Shown: positions 25,217-38,487 of the stretch, piece by piece
Layout of the letters: each line of letters opens with the position of its first letter
How positions within the stretch are numbered: position 1 is the first letter of the stretch
DNA from: Callorhinchus milii
Lineage: Eukaryota
Assembly (NCBI RefSeq): GCF_018977255.1
Contig: NW_024704742.1
Span: forward strand, 74,464,001-74,528,000
Direction: 5' to 3'
DNA length: 64,000 nt
Notes under the pieces: generated by a model
Database searches by the model: none
What the model saw: the letters and a program-made list of their open reading frames with translations, nothing else
Told to the model about the DNA's origin: nothing
Translations under genes and position numbers: made by a program

Positions 25217-28200
25217 TATTATCATTACCTTCAGACTTCCATGATTCTCTATGGGGGAAGTAACCAGCTTCCACTTATTACGTCTTAATGATGGGCAAAA
25301 TGAAGAGGTCATCATATGAGGCTCAATATAAACATAATAAAGCCAGGTTTCTAGGGTGGTAAAAGTTTCTAATTCTATTTCCCCACTCTTTCGCCATATC
25401 CCTATTTATGTTTTTTATGCTTTAAACAGCACAATCAATTGTGTATCCATGGCAGTGGCAGTGCATTCCATATTCTCTCAACTTTTTGCATCAAGAAATG
25501 TTTTGTAGATTCACTAACTGTTTCAGGTTTAATTTTAAGATTATGCCCATTGCTCAAGATTTCCCTAGTGGGAGGAAGAGTCATTCTTATCTACCTTGTC
25601 AATTCTCTTTATTATTCAAAAGATCACCCCTTAAACTCTTCAGATCTTGATTAAATTTCACTGGACTTGATCAAATGCCAGTAAATCCTTCCTCAGAAAA
25701 GGAGCCAAATTAATACAATACTTCAGAAAGGACATCATCATGGAAGAGGTACATCATATATTCAGAAGATTGCGACCAGAGATGAAAGCTTATAAGGATA
25801 GACTTGCTTGATAAATTGGTTTTCGTTCACTTGAACTGAGAAGGTTAAGAGGTAACCTAATAAAGACTTTCAATATTTTGAAAGATTTTGAAGTGATAAA
25901 CAGAAGTTTGCTGTTTTTTTTTGGTTGGTCGGGTGTCTGACACGTTGCCATGCTTAAGAGTGAGAGTTCCACACATGTCACATACACCCAATGAAATGCA
26001 CACTCTTTCCCCAGAAAGATGTGGCTCATTACATAATTCTGGAGAGTAATAGTTGCAGGTTTGAAAGAGCAAAGACTTGAGGACCCCAGAATGTGTGTTG
26101 GGGTAATGCTAAAACCACATAGCTTGCCATTGATATCGCTGTCTGGCAAGCTTTCCTGCTACTTGTCCAGCTCGGACCACCCGGCCCGTTAGGGCTTTGG
26201 ATGCAGGGTTAATGGAAGCTGAGTGGGATGACTCCCCGCCACCATTAGGGTCCAGACACACAAGACACAAGCTAACTTCCAGGATTAGAAAAAGCATGTA
26301 ATTCAGCCAATAAAAGAATGTGAGTCTACGGTATTTTGCTACTGAAAGTTTTATATGCAAGACTTTTAAAGAAAGTTAAGGCTCCCGGTATTTAGTGCAG
26401 TGAAGTAATTGATGGGAGCTTAATGCTAATCTACTCTGCTCATTAAATGAGGTGGAACAAATGTGGTGCTGTTATGCCCTTGCAAATAACTAATGCAAAC
26501 AATTTCTAATGCAATTTTTTTTATAATTTAAAAATGTATTACAGTTATATAAATAGTGCAAAGGTAAATTTGTTAAAACTTCATGAAAAGACAGGATTCA
26601 CCCAATTCAACAGAGCAAACAGCAGCAGATCTGATAGTAATAATGACCAATTAGCTGGAATTTTCAATTGGTGATGTTCTCCAGGATGTGTGCTGGATTA
26701 GTTAGAGATGAAAGAAGTATAATATTGATGTATCAATTTGCCTCCTGGCAGGATGTTAAGAATTAGTTGTATTACCCAAAGCACAAAATGCCAGAAAGAA
26801 GAAATTACAGCACTTTATCATGTGAAAATATCTCAATGTGCTAATGACTATTACGTGTAGTGACTGGTTTTGCAGGCAAACTTGGTAGCCAATTTCCATA
26901 CAGCAAAGTCCCTAAATAGAAGAGAATTATTGACCAGGGAAGAAACTCTCTTTTTGTTTGAAAAGACATCAGATCTTTAACGTCCATCTGAAGAGGTTGA
27001 CGGAACTTGGCGTAATATTTTATCCAAATGATGGCACCTCCAACAAAGGCATTAATATCTGCACAAATACGCACAAGACGACATTGTGTGGGTACCTTGA
27101 ACACATGACCTCCACCAATAGTTTGCAAGATGCATCCTAAACTTGGTTGGTGTCACCAACTGGTAGTGACTGGTCTGCGCCAGCACAAAGCTCTACACAA
27201 GTGACCTCTGATAGTGTAAAGTTCTACATTTCCTCCCATACCAGGGAGGTATTGGCAGAATCATTTCGGTCCTTATCCCAGCTGTAAACGGAGGGGAAAA
27301 GTGGCTGAAGACTCAGCCACCAATGATTTGATGCTGGGATTGAGGATCTTGCAGTACAACACAGTTGGAGGAATGTGGACATGGTCCTGAGAATAGATCC
27401 TGAGGAGATTGCAGATATCAGATGTGACAATATTCTGAATGGATTTGAAGGTCAAGGATGTTGAAGTGAATCTGTTGAGGACCTGGGCCATTGGAGAGAA
27501 TAAGGGGAATGTCCCCATCCCCCTCTGTCTCCCCCTTTCTTTGTCTCTTACTCTCTCTGTCTCTCCACTCTGTCTGCGACACACTCTCTCCTTCCTACTC
27601 TCAGTCTACCCTTCTCTCTGCCTCTCTCCTGGTCTCACCTCCCTCACTCTCCATCCACTGACTGTGTAGTAACTTATCTCACTCTGATGACATCACTGTT
27701 TGGGGCTGAGAGGGAATTTTGAAAAAAACTTTTTAAAAAAAAATTACTTTTGGATGTTTCAAAATAAAAACAGGCACAAGTATGTTCACTCAAAGGTAGA
27801 TAGAAAAAAATATTTGTTTTACATTCTAGGATACTTTCTGAATGTGATACTTTCTGAACAACAGTAAAATAGAGCCGATTATCCCATCGCCATTCAATGA
27901 GACTGTCTGCAGTCTCTCTGCAGCTTCTTCTAAGGTATCAATTTGTTCAAAAATGGGAATGTTTCCAAAATTATTGTTGGGTATGCAAGCAATCTTTAGA
28001 ATCAAATTCCTCAATGTAGATTTAATGTAAACCTAGTAATTAATGATTTAACAGTCTAGACTGAAAACTGCTATGTTATTATATGGCACATAAAATTTAA
28101 TTTTATAGCACAATAGTTCTTGAACATTATTGCTTCTGGGTAAAAGTTTATTTTATACACTGCTATGTGTAAATATACACATTTTTATGCACAAAAAATT

Positions 28201-29257
28201 ATTGCCCATACATTGCGTACATTTTGTGCGTCTCCTGAAAAATAAAGTCTATTTTAGACAAATGAGATTATACATTTTGGGAGAAAGATAAAGGAGAATA
28301 AGTATATATTGGGTGGTAAATATTAAAAGAAGTGGAAGAGCAAAGGGACTTGTGCATCAATCCTAAAAGATGGGAAGGTAGGTGGCCAAAGCTGTCAAAA
28401 AATCAAATGGGGTCCTAGGCTTCTGTTTGTCCGTGAGGATTCAATGGGACAAATATGTTTCTCTTAGTGTCCTAGCAAACAATACTCCACATTAAAAAAA
28501 AGGGTATTTTTGGAAGAGTGCTCTTTGTAATTGGCCTGCCACATTCATCTACAAATCCACAGTCCACAATTAAACGTTGAGTCTTCTGCCCTCACCCCTG
28601 TCTTTTTAAACTCATTCAAGAACCACTTAGTCTCTTAATCTGGCTCTCTGTTTCAAACACCTCTTAACCAGTATCTTGAGTCACTTATAAATAATAAATA
28701 ATAGCAATAATTATACTTACAATTGATCTAACACTTTTCACATTGGCAGGATGTCTCAAAGCACTTCATAGGTTATACAGTAAAGTGATTGTGTATTTTG
28801 TGAATTAATTGTTTACTTTAATACAGTTCGGGAGTCAATAGTTGTACAGAGAGCATTGAACCACCATCACCAGACACAATAATGTTAGCAACCAGGTTTT
28901 AGAGAATATGCATTGATCAGTTAACTATGCCTGGGAGGGCAGCAGGCACCTGGGAGTTGGTCAGATCTGCACCTCACTGATACTGACTAAAACTCCTTCT
29001 TTTATGTTCAAAAACTTTATTCACGTGAAGACTACAGGCAGAGGTGGAGTCAATGTGTCCAACCATCGTTCAGAACTAGTTTGGCCAATCACAGCTCAAA
29101 GTTGTTTTGTCCAATCACCTTACTACACAGGGTAGGATATAAATTACCAGTGTAAGGTATTTACTAATGAAATTAGTTAAAAATAATACGTTACTTTATT
29201 TTGACACTAACTAACAAATTATATAACATGGTCAGAGGTGGAGTTTTATAAGACGCT

Positions 29258-29868
29258 AAGATGTAGGAGCAGGAGTAGGCCATTTGGCCCTCAAGCCTGT
29301 CCTGCCATTTAATACGATCATGGCTGATCTTCTAACCTAATTCCATTTACCTGCCCTATCCCCATATCCCTTAATCCCTCTATCCTTTAGAAATCTATCA
29401 ATCTCAGTCTTGAATATGTTCAAAGACTGAGCACCCACAGCCTTCTGGGGTAGAGAATTCCACAAATTCACTCCCCTCTGAGTGAAGAAATGTTTCCTCA
29501 ACTCAGTTCAACAAGGCTGACCCTTAATATTGAGACTATGACCCCTAGTTTTAGATTCTCCAATGGGGGAAACAGTCTCATGGCATCTACTCTGTCAAGA
29601 CCCTTAAGAATTTTATAGGTTTCTATAAGATCTCCTCTAATTTTTCTATATTCTAGAGAATATAGACCTAGTTTACTCAACCTATCCTCATAGGTCAACC
29701 CCTCATCCCAGGAACCAACTAGTGAATCTGCGCTGCACCCCCTCTAAGGCGAGTATGTCCTTTCTTAAATAAGGAGACCAAAACTGCACACAATATTCTA
29801 GGTGCGGTCTTACCAAGGCCTTATACAATTGCAGCAAGACTTCCCTACTCTTGTACTCTAATCCCTTT
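29258..29868 (-). mobile_element. CR1 3' fragment
   Basis: YEDRLSKLGLYSLEYRKIRGDLIETYK. Confidence 0.9.
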
Positions 29869-30310
29869 TTTCATGGCTCCTGGGCATATATCACTGTCCT
29901 TTGATGGGTCAAAGGAGATAACTTTTTGGTCAGAAACAGACAGGCATCTCTGTCCTAATTAAGCAGTCAATTGTCACACATTTGCTCCAGCACATACCAA
30001 ACTAATCTGCTTATCCAATTAACAGTACCAGCTAACTACATCTTCCCATCCTCTGCATGAACTTTCGTGCTCTCTCCTTCACAGTCTAGAGACTGTGGAT
30101 GCAGTCTTTGACGATACCTCATAAAAGTTACTTAACTGCCTCTTCTAAAACACATTACAAAATGCTTGTTTAACACAACATTCAATGCACCAACAAATAT
30201 GATGATCCGCAGTTCATCTAAGTTTTTCAATATCATCAATTCTGGAACAAGATCTTTCCCACTTAGATTATTAAAATGCAAAGGAAACAAAGACATGATT
30301 TCAACAAAGC

Positions 30311-30331
30311 TTTATTAAAGTTACATTTATT
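30311..30331 (-). terminator. Tandem AATAAA polyadenylation signals of the repeat-protein gene
   Basis: tttatt at 30311-30316 and 30326-30331 on +. Followed on - by a GU/U-rich element (catgtctttgtttcctttg). Closes an AT-rich 3'UTR of about 1.55 kb. Confidence 0.65.
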
Positions 30332-31856
30332 AAAGTTGCATTCTAAAGTGAAATATATATTCATGATATAGTCATGATAGTAAGTCAACAGCCACCATTT
30401 GGCCATTCTCCTTTGAATTAACTCCTGATAATTCATTCATTGAGAATAGAGCAATTGATTTTACTTAGAGCAAAATGTAACATGTATTGATGTATATCTG
30501 TTGTTATTGCATTGTATCTTAATATAATCATACCTGGAGATAAATCCAATGATGTGGCTACTAACCTCTTCAGGCAAGATCATCAACACTAATGAAGAGG
30601 CTCAGAAAACAACAGCACTTTTGCAATACTTGCTGATGATTTTAAGACATTTACTCATGCAGTTATAATATATAATGTGGCTTTTCTACACCAAACGTTT
30701 ACCCTGTTTGCTAAATGTGAAATACCTTACCCGAAGTTACGTTATATAGGATACACCCTGAAATGGCTGATTCTACCTGCACACCCAGCTTGTGGCTAGT
30801 TGCACTTTTGCAAACAATCTTTCCCTAATTGGCTGGCATAAACGTGTCAAATGCAAATTTTAAATTGCATAATTGACCAGATTTTATAATACTTGCGAAT
30901 ATACCAAAGGAGGGAAGTCATTATCAATGTATCTATAATATAGAAAATTATTGCATTCAGTATTAATTAGGAAAAACAGTTATTTCTAACTGAAAAATCA
31001 AGTTTCAAATTAAAACTAAATTTAACAATTTTCCACAATTCTGCACAATTTGAAACCTTAAGACAAAATGATCAGTTTGATCTATTTCTAAAATGTGGTT
31101 CCCTCAAGAATTGTAATGTGATTCCATATCACAACATGCTTTTACAGGCTAAAACTAGATTGAGGATTCCTAACAGTTGATAAGAATGTAGAAAACAAGT
31201 ATTCATTTAGATACATATCAAATTGTGAACCGACAAAACATTTTATACTTGAAGGAGTTTAATTTAGTATTAATTTATGTATCGATTACATTTCTGAACA
31301 TTAATTTGTATTTGAAGAAACACTTTCACATGTGATACATATTCAAATGTTCTTCTTTGTTTTTTTTTAAAAAGCAATCGTCCAGTTAAACAGAATGGCA
31401 ATAGAGTTAAAGTCATCAAACAACTATTTTAAGTGTTCAGAACTCAGCTGCTAAAAGAGAGGAAGAGTCAAGATGCAATTAACCCTCTAATCATATACTA
31501 GCACAAGGTGACAGAAAGAATATTCCTGGCAACATTTTTAAAAAGTCCAATAATTTGCACTTTAATATATCTGTAATTTATATGCCAATTTGCTTTAAGA
31601 ACTGATCTGGTGATTACTTTCTTTCTACTGGTAATTTAGAGGCTGAAATTCCTCTTGTTGTTATGTGTTAAAGGTTGGTGATGAATGCTTATACTGGATT
31701 TTTAAATTGAAACTCAGTGACAAGAGGAATGTCTCCCCTTAAAACATTATTCAGTATCTGCCACTAAAACTAGCAATCATACAGGTATTGTTACTGGCTC
31801 TTGATTTACAAGATACTGGCTAATCTGGCGAGGTCAAGGGAACAGTTGAACTGGAT

Positions 31857-33567
31857 TTAATTTGGCAATTTATTATTTTTTCTAGAAAGGAACCTATATC
31901 GATAATTTGGGTGTAATCTATAATAATACAGTTTTTTAAAAGCAGAGGGATAATTCACACCAGCAATTGTATTCTGACTCTTCTCTGATTCTGACACCAG
32001 ACTAGATCTCTCATATTTCCCATTATCCTCATTAGTTTGACTATTAGATCCATACTGACTATGTTTATAATTATAATCAATATTCTGGATCAGATCAGAG
32101 TCGTAGACAGTACTTTGTGTAACTTTCCCATTGCCATATTGGTCATATTTGCTATTTTGTATTGGCTGATCATTTTGCTCATTGATTTTTGTTTCTTCCA
32201 TATTGCCATATTGGTCTTGCTGAATACTTTTCACTCCTTGACTAGTGTCTTGTGTTTCTTGTCCATTTCCATATGGATCATAGGTATTACTTTTCCCTCC
32301 TTGACCTTTGCTATAAGGATCATATTGAGTATTTGTCACCAACCCATTAATGTCATATTGGTTGAGTTGCTCTGTCTGAATGTTACTATATGAATCATAT
32401 CCATTGCCTTGATTATTGCCATATGGGTCATATTGCCTGCCTTTCAGTCCATCAGTCGTACCATATGGATCATATTGATTGGCTTCTTCTCTCTGACCAT
32501 TACCATATGGATCATACCCACTGCTTTTTATTCCCTGACTAGTGCCATATGGGTCATATTGACTGCTTTGTGTTTCCTGTGCATTGCCATTTGGATCATA
32601 TACATTGCCATTTGGATCATACCCATTGCCTTTTATTCCCTGACTGATGTCATATGGGTTATATTTAGATTTTTGTCCATTGTTATAGGGATCATACCCA
32701 TTGCCTTGCATTCCATGATGAGTGCCATATGGGTCATATTGACTCTTGTGTATTTCCTGACCATTGTTGTATGGTTCATATCCATATCCTTTTATTCCTT
32801 GACTAGAGCCATATGAATTGTATTGACTGCCTTGTGTTTCCTGTCCATTGCCATATGGGTCATATCCATTGCCTTTTATTCCCTGACTAGTGCCATATGG
32901 GTCATGTTGACTGCCTTGTGTTTCCTGTCCATTGCCATATGGGTCATATCCATTGTTGTATGGATCATACTCATTGCCTTTTATTCCCTGACTTGTGCCA
33001 TGTGGATTGTATTGACTACCTTGTGTTTCCTGTTCATTAGCATTTGGATCATACCCTTTGCCTTTTATTCCTTGACTAGTGTCATATGGGTCATATTGAC
33101 TACCTTCTGTTTCCTGTCCATTGGTGTATGGATCATACCCATTGCCTTTTATTCCTTGACTGGTGCTATATTGGCTGCCTTGTCCAGTCTGACTGCTTGC
33201 TTCTACCTGACTACCTTCTGCCTGACTGTTACTGTATGGGTTATACCTATTGCTTTTCAGGAGCTGACTAGTGTCATAGGGGTGATCCTCACTGCCTTGT
33301 GCTTTCTGCCCATTGAGATCTGGGTAATTTGTGCTGGTTTGTGTTTCTTCCCATTGTTATATAAATTGACATTGCCTTGTGTGTCCTTCCAGCCTTGGGA
33401 TTTTGAGTGAGAGGAAGGTTGTAAACTGTCCAAATTTGGTCTTCTTTTGTTGTTGGGAGATCTTTGGTAGGTTCCGTGTTTGAGGATTGGTGCAAATATT
33501 CTGCTGTAATGGCAGCGCCGGGCCCTAGATCGGGGCATGTGGTAAACCTCCGCTCCCTTTTGTAATT
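31857..33567 (-). CDS. Exon 2 of a secreted Tyr/Gly/Asn/Gln/Asp-rich tandem-repeat protein (ODAPH-like candidate), with a 1-nt frameshift at 33350-33352
   Basis: Acceptor ttttgttttgtag|AA is phase 1 and in frame with exon 1 (ELQKGAEVYHMPRSRARRCHYSRIFAP...). The repeat frame is open from 33350 to TAA at 31857 and includes track ORF 31857..32711. Adding one G to AATGGG|AAGAAACA gives NGEETQ and a 593 aa ORF. Confidence 0.8.
32200..33170 (-). repeat. Coding minisatellite, about 84 nt (28 aa) unit SQGIKGNGYDPYGNGQETQGSQYDPYGT, about 9 good copies plus degenerate ones
   Basis: Recurrent gccttttattccctgactagtgccatatgggtcatattgactgc on the + strand. Each unit is two roughly 14 aa halves containing YDPY. 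Confidence 0.9.
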
Positions 33568-34071
33568 CTACAAAACAAAATAATTGTAATACAACTTTTG
33601 CAGCTAACTATATTAGCAAAGCTTCAAAGGTCAGATGAAACCAGCGATTTACAGTTATTTTTCTGAATTCTTGCCAAATTACACAATATTATAGGGATCA
33701 CTAATCCAACACAACTGCTTTATAAGTAAAATATAGGTTCAGAGTTTGACACTAATCAATGAGCACTCATCGGTGATTTTACTTCTTGGTTGGACACCAC
33801 TTTCAGATCTACTGGCGCTTATGATTTCACGAAGGAAAATGAGCATGACATGACATACTCAATGGCTTTTGTTTTCAGAAATTGAGACAGATTATGGAGA
33901 TTTAATTGACTGAAACAATGGCCTTGCAAAGTAGCACATTACTGTACTAATGTAGCTTAATAGAATGCTAGGTTGAAGGATTTGAGTTCTCAATCTCAAC
34001 AAAGACATCAGGGGACACTGGGACAAGTGCTTTACCAGAGGAAATAAAATTAGTGAATAAGTAACCTAATC

Positions 34072-34380
34072 TTAAGAACATAAGAAATTCTAGATGAAAA
34101 AAGACCAAGACCCATCCCCATCTAGTTCGCCTTCCACCTTCCTGGCGGTCACATGCATATATGTCCCGATTTACCTATGTCTGTATCCTATAATGTTATT
34201 TCCTAAAAGAAAACTATCTAATCTGTGTTTGAAAGAATCAACACTTCCTGCTTCAACCATCTCCCGAGGGATCCTGTTCCACAGGTTCGCTATTCGCTCA
34301 CTAAAATAGTGTTTGCGTAGATTTGTTCTGAATTTACCCCCTTCAATTGCAGGCCATGTCCTCTGGTAATCACCACCCAC
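34072..34380 (-). mobile_element. CR1 3' fragment
   Basis: RKHYFSERIANLWNRIP and 3'UTR. Confidence 0.85.
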
Positions 34381-35109
34381 TTAGAAGGATTTCTAAAAGC
34401 TAAATCTTTCTACTGAGTCACCCTATTAATGATGTTCCAATAGGGAGCACCGTCTGGAAAACTTTCCAGCTTGCACCAACGTACTTATTTAGAGCTTTGT
34501 TTGCAGCATGAACAAGAGCTGACTGGTGGAGTCTGTCATTTCAGGTATTACTGATGAGTCAGGTTGGCTGAAAGAAGTCTAGCGCTTGGTTAAGACTTTA
34601 ACAATTTCTATGGTTCTGTGAACTAGATTTAAGATTAAATAAACAAATAATACTTGCATTTGATATAACGCCTATAACATTGAAAGATCACAAAGCGTTT
34701 CAGGGTTAATTGCTATAAAGTGAGTGACCTATATTTGTAAGCCAGACCAGTGGCCAATTTGTCCTTAGCATTGTCCCACAAACAGCTTGGTGGGTATACG
34801 TCTCATGTAAAGCCTGGTACCTCTAACATTGCAGCATTCCTCCAGCACCTCCCTCAAGTGTCAGCCCTGGTCGAGGAGCTCAAAGTCAAAGATTGAAACC
34901 ATTAGTCTGAGATGAAGAGAAAATGAATGAATGTTCTTTTGAGAATTCTGGTTCCGACAGCCATGATCAGGAGAGATGTAAGGAAGACTTTCAGGATGAT
35001 TTACTTACTTTGGTGTTTTGATCCTTTCATCTTTGCTTGCTGACATTCTGGAAGCTCTGGATAGGCTGTACAGTTTTTATCACGGGTTTTGATTGTAGTT
35101 TCATGATTA

Positions 35110-35700
35110 AGAACTAGGAGGATAGAAGAGATGCAGGAGAAATATATTCCATTAAGAAATAAGGGGAAATTAATAAATAATGAGATGCCATGGATGAATA
35201 AGGAGGTGAAGACAAAACTGCAACAAAGTAAAAAAGCATTTGAAAATTACAGAATTATAATAGAGAGGAAAACAGAAGTGAATACAGCAGACTTAGAAAC
35301 GAGGATAGGTTAGTCCTTTTTCACTGGAGAAAAAACCTTTAAGGGGGCATGTAATAGAAGTACTGAAAATCATAAAAGGGTTTGATAAGGGTGACATAAA
35401 TAGGCTGTTTCCACTGGTTGCGGAATCTATAACCAGAGGAAACGAGTAAAAGATAGTGACTAGGGGATCAAAAAGAGAATTTAGGAGGAACTACCTCATG
35501 CAGAGAGTAGTGAGAATGTGGAACTTGCTGCCTGAAGCAGTGGTTGAATCAGTTAGTATAGATGCATTCAAGAGGAAGCTAGACTTCAGAGGAGGGAAAG
35601 GGGAAGAGAAGTGTAAGGGATGAAGTAAGGATTGGTTGGTGACTCCTGTGGAGTATAAACACTGGCATGGACTGGTTATGCTGTACATTCTGCATAAATC
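35110..35700 (+). mobile_element. Internally deleted CR1 fragment
   Basis: QEKYIP...PWMNKE segment joined to RVVRMWNLLP-like 3' DNA. Confidence 0.7.
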
Positions 35701-35921
35701 TTTCAAAATGTTACTATTATTTTGTGGGAACAATTCCGATTCAGTTGTGTAGTGTTTCACCTCCTGATTTTGTTCAATTAACTCTGCTGAAAAAGGAAAG
35801 AAACCAGTGATAGCTTTCTTTCTAATAATGCCTCCTTAATGCGCATACAGTGAAATTCTAGGCATTAACTCTCGTTCATTTAGTGTTGACTGATTCTTAT
35901 TTTTTGCATAGGTTTAGGCCT

Positions 35922-36478
35922 AGGTTTAGGCCTCAGTTAGAATACAGCGCCCAGTTCTGGGCACCACACTATAGGAAGGATGTTAAAGCATTGGACAGGG
36001 TGCAGGGGAGATTTACAAGAATGGTACCAGGAATGAGGGACCTTGATTATGAGGAAAGGCTAAAGAGGCTGGGATTATTCTCATTGGAGCAGAGAAGGTT
36101 ACGAGGAGACCCAGTAGAAGTCTTCAAAATCATGAGGGGATTTGATAGGTTAGAAAGGGAAAAACTGTTTCCACTGTTGGGTGTCGGTGACTCGAGGTCA
36201 CAGATTCAAAATAGTCTCTAAAAGAAGCAGAGAGGAGGTGAGAAGAAATGTTTTCACGCAGCGAGTTGTTCAAGCACTGCTTGAAAGGGTGGTGGAGGCC
36301 GATTCGATAACTACTTTTAAAAACTCGGTGGACGGGTACTTGAGGAGGATGGTTTGCAGGGTTACGGGGAAGGGGCTGGGGAGTGGGATTGACATTACAT
36401 TGCTCTATTCAAAGAGCCGGCACAAACTCGATGGGCCGAATGGCCTCTTTTGTGCTGTACGATTCTATGATTCTATGA
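35922..36478 (+). mobile_element. CR1 3' fragment
   Basis: RPQLEYSAQFWAPHYRKDV and an (ATTCTATG)n tail. Confidence 0.9.
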
Positions 36479-37123
36479 AACCCCAAATAAATGTTTTTCC
36501 ACTAGTGGCTCAAAACAGTAATTAAATCAATCCATATAGTTTTGTTTTATTTGGCCTTAGATCTCATTAAAAGGACATTGACTTCCAAAAAAAGCCAATG
36601 CTTCTCAGTACTGTATTGAAGTATCAGTATCGACTTTGAGTTCATGTTGCCCATTTTAATGTTGTCTCAGCACCTTGGGACGTCCTCCTGACATGAAAGG
36701 CAACTGTAATTTTGTATTTTATTGTATGTTGGTTTAACCTTCTTTTATAAAACGTTAAATATTTCTAAACAAAACAAAATTGCTGCAGAGAGTCAATGAA
36801 TGCCTTACAGAAATTAAACTTAAAAGACAGTGGAGTGAATTACAAAGCAATAACCCACCCCAGGGTTGAGACAGTTCTCAAATATCAAAGCATTTATTTT
36901 CATTTCAACCCAACCAGAATGCGTTACTGATCTGCATCCTTTATATTACATACAAATATAACAATGTTTAGCTGTTTTCTATCTACTTTGATATTTTATT
37001 GCAATGAAAATGTTGTCACACAAAGCAATATTTTGCTCTTTGGCATTTGCACCCACAGCACAGGAGTACAAAGCTACCGACAAGTAATAGTTCTCAAATA
37101 TCAAAGCATTTTAAGCATTTTGT

Positions 37124-37429
37124 GGAGTCCTGTAGCTCAGTGATTAGAGCACTCGCCTTGCAAGTGAGACACCTGGGTTCAATTCCAGGCAGGGCGAAAC
37201 CTTGGGCAAGTTTCCTTACTCCACACGCCTAATAATAATCCCTCCAAAAAAACAAACAAAAAAATTGGCTATTTTCAATCCATGACTGTTTGTGGGACAT
37301 TGCTGTGTGCAATTGGCTGCCGCGTTTCGCCCACAATTATACAGTCACTTTGCAGTATATTCTGTAAAGCGCTTTGAGACATGTAGAAGATGTGAAAAGT
37401 GCTATATCAAATGCAAGGATTATTATTAT
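37124..37429 (+). mobile_element. tRNA-SINE copy
   Basis: Homologous to 422-747. Confidence 0.9.
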
Positions 37430-37439
37430 AAGTTGCTTG

Positions 37440-37900
37440 GTACCCTATCACCCCCACCGTTGACCAACTCCACTGGCTCCCCAACCCCCAGGGGATAGAG
37501 TTCAAAATCCTTGTCCTCGCTTTCAAAGCCCTCCACGGCCTTATTCCTCCTTACCTCTGTGACCTGCTAGCCCCATATCAACCTGTCTGTTCCCTCCGCT
37601 CAGAATGCTTCAGCCAGCTCCATGACCCTGCCCGGCCCGGCCCACCATCAGCCTCTCTGCCCCCACACTTTGGAACTCTATCCCATATTCCCTTTGCCTC
37701 GCTCCCTCCCTTGCCTCCTTCAAGGCACCTATCAAGACCCTCCTCTTCGACCGCACCTTCGGTCACCCTCCTGCCCTCCCTGCCCTCCACACCCCCCCCC
37801 ACCCCGATACCAAACCCCACCCCCTACTTGCGTTCAAATCCTGGACTGTCCAGCGCCTTGGGATGTGCTCCTGTGTGAACGGTGCTATACAAATATAATT
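37440..37900 (+). mobile_element. Degenerate L2 3' fragment in the intron of the repeat-protein gene
   Basis: LHWLP..EFKILVLAFKALHGL-like DNA and an L2 tail. Confidence 0.8.
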
Positions 37901-38487
37901 TTGAATATTGTATTGTAAGTAATACAAACCAATTAGACCATTGGTATGAAAAATAATGTCACTGTTTTATGAATACACTGAAGAACTTTCTGGATATTCA
38001 TACTAATTATGTACACCAACATTTCAACCTCTACCCCAAAACAAAGTTTTCTTTGAAGAGAATGTTATTTCAAAGGAAAGTGTCTCACAGTAAGATTTAT
38101 AACAACAACAAATTACATTTGCATTGCGCCATTCACGTCGATAGGACATCCCAAGGCGTTGGATAGTCAGGGACTGTCTGGTAAAATACAATGGATTTTT
38201 CCCGTAACATTCGGAAAAATTTACTTATTTACTGGAAATGATTAGTTCAACAAAGCTGCATAATCTTTCTGAGGCCTATTTCAAAACAAATAGGTACATT
38301 TGTGGAATATAATGCTGAACAAATTAGCTATTGAGGTCTTAAGTGAGACTTTCTAATATTCCCATTTACAACCATGCACATCAAAAAAAATATGCAATTC
38401 CTAAAAGCAACTTTGAAATTTCAATTTGAGTGTACAAATTGCTAGTGAACCTAGCAAGGGTTAACTGAGAGCACAGTAGATCCTTAC

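Noticed and set aside
32200..33170. CRISPR-like repeat/spacer array
   Set aside because: The context is eukaryotic, and the units are contiguous codon-preserving tandem repeats without unique spacers.
32037..33410. Hydrophobic + strand ORFs (118, 135 and 195 aa) resembling membrane proteins
   Set aside because: They are antisense shadows of the Tyr/Asn/Gln-rich coding repeat. Splice, promoter and poly(A) signals all support the - strand.
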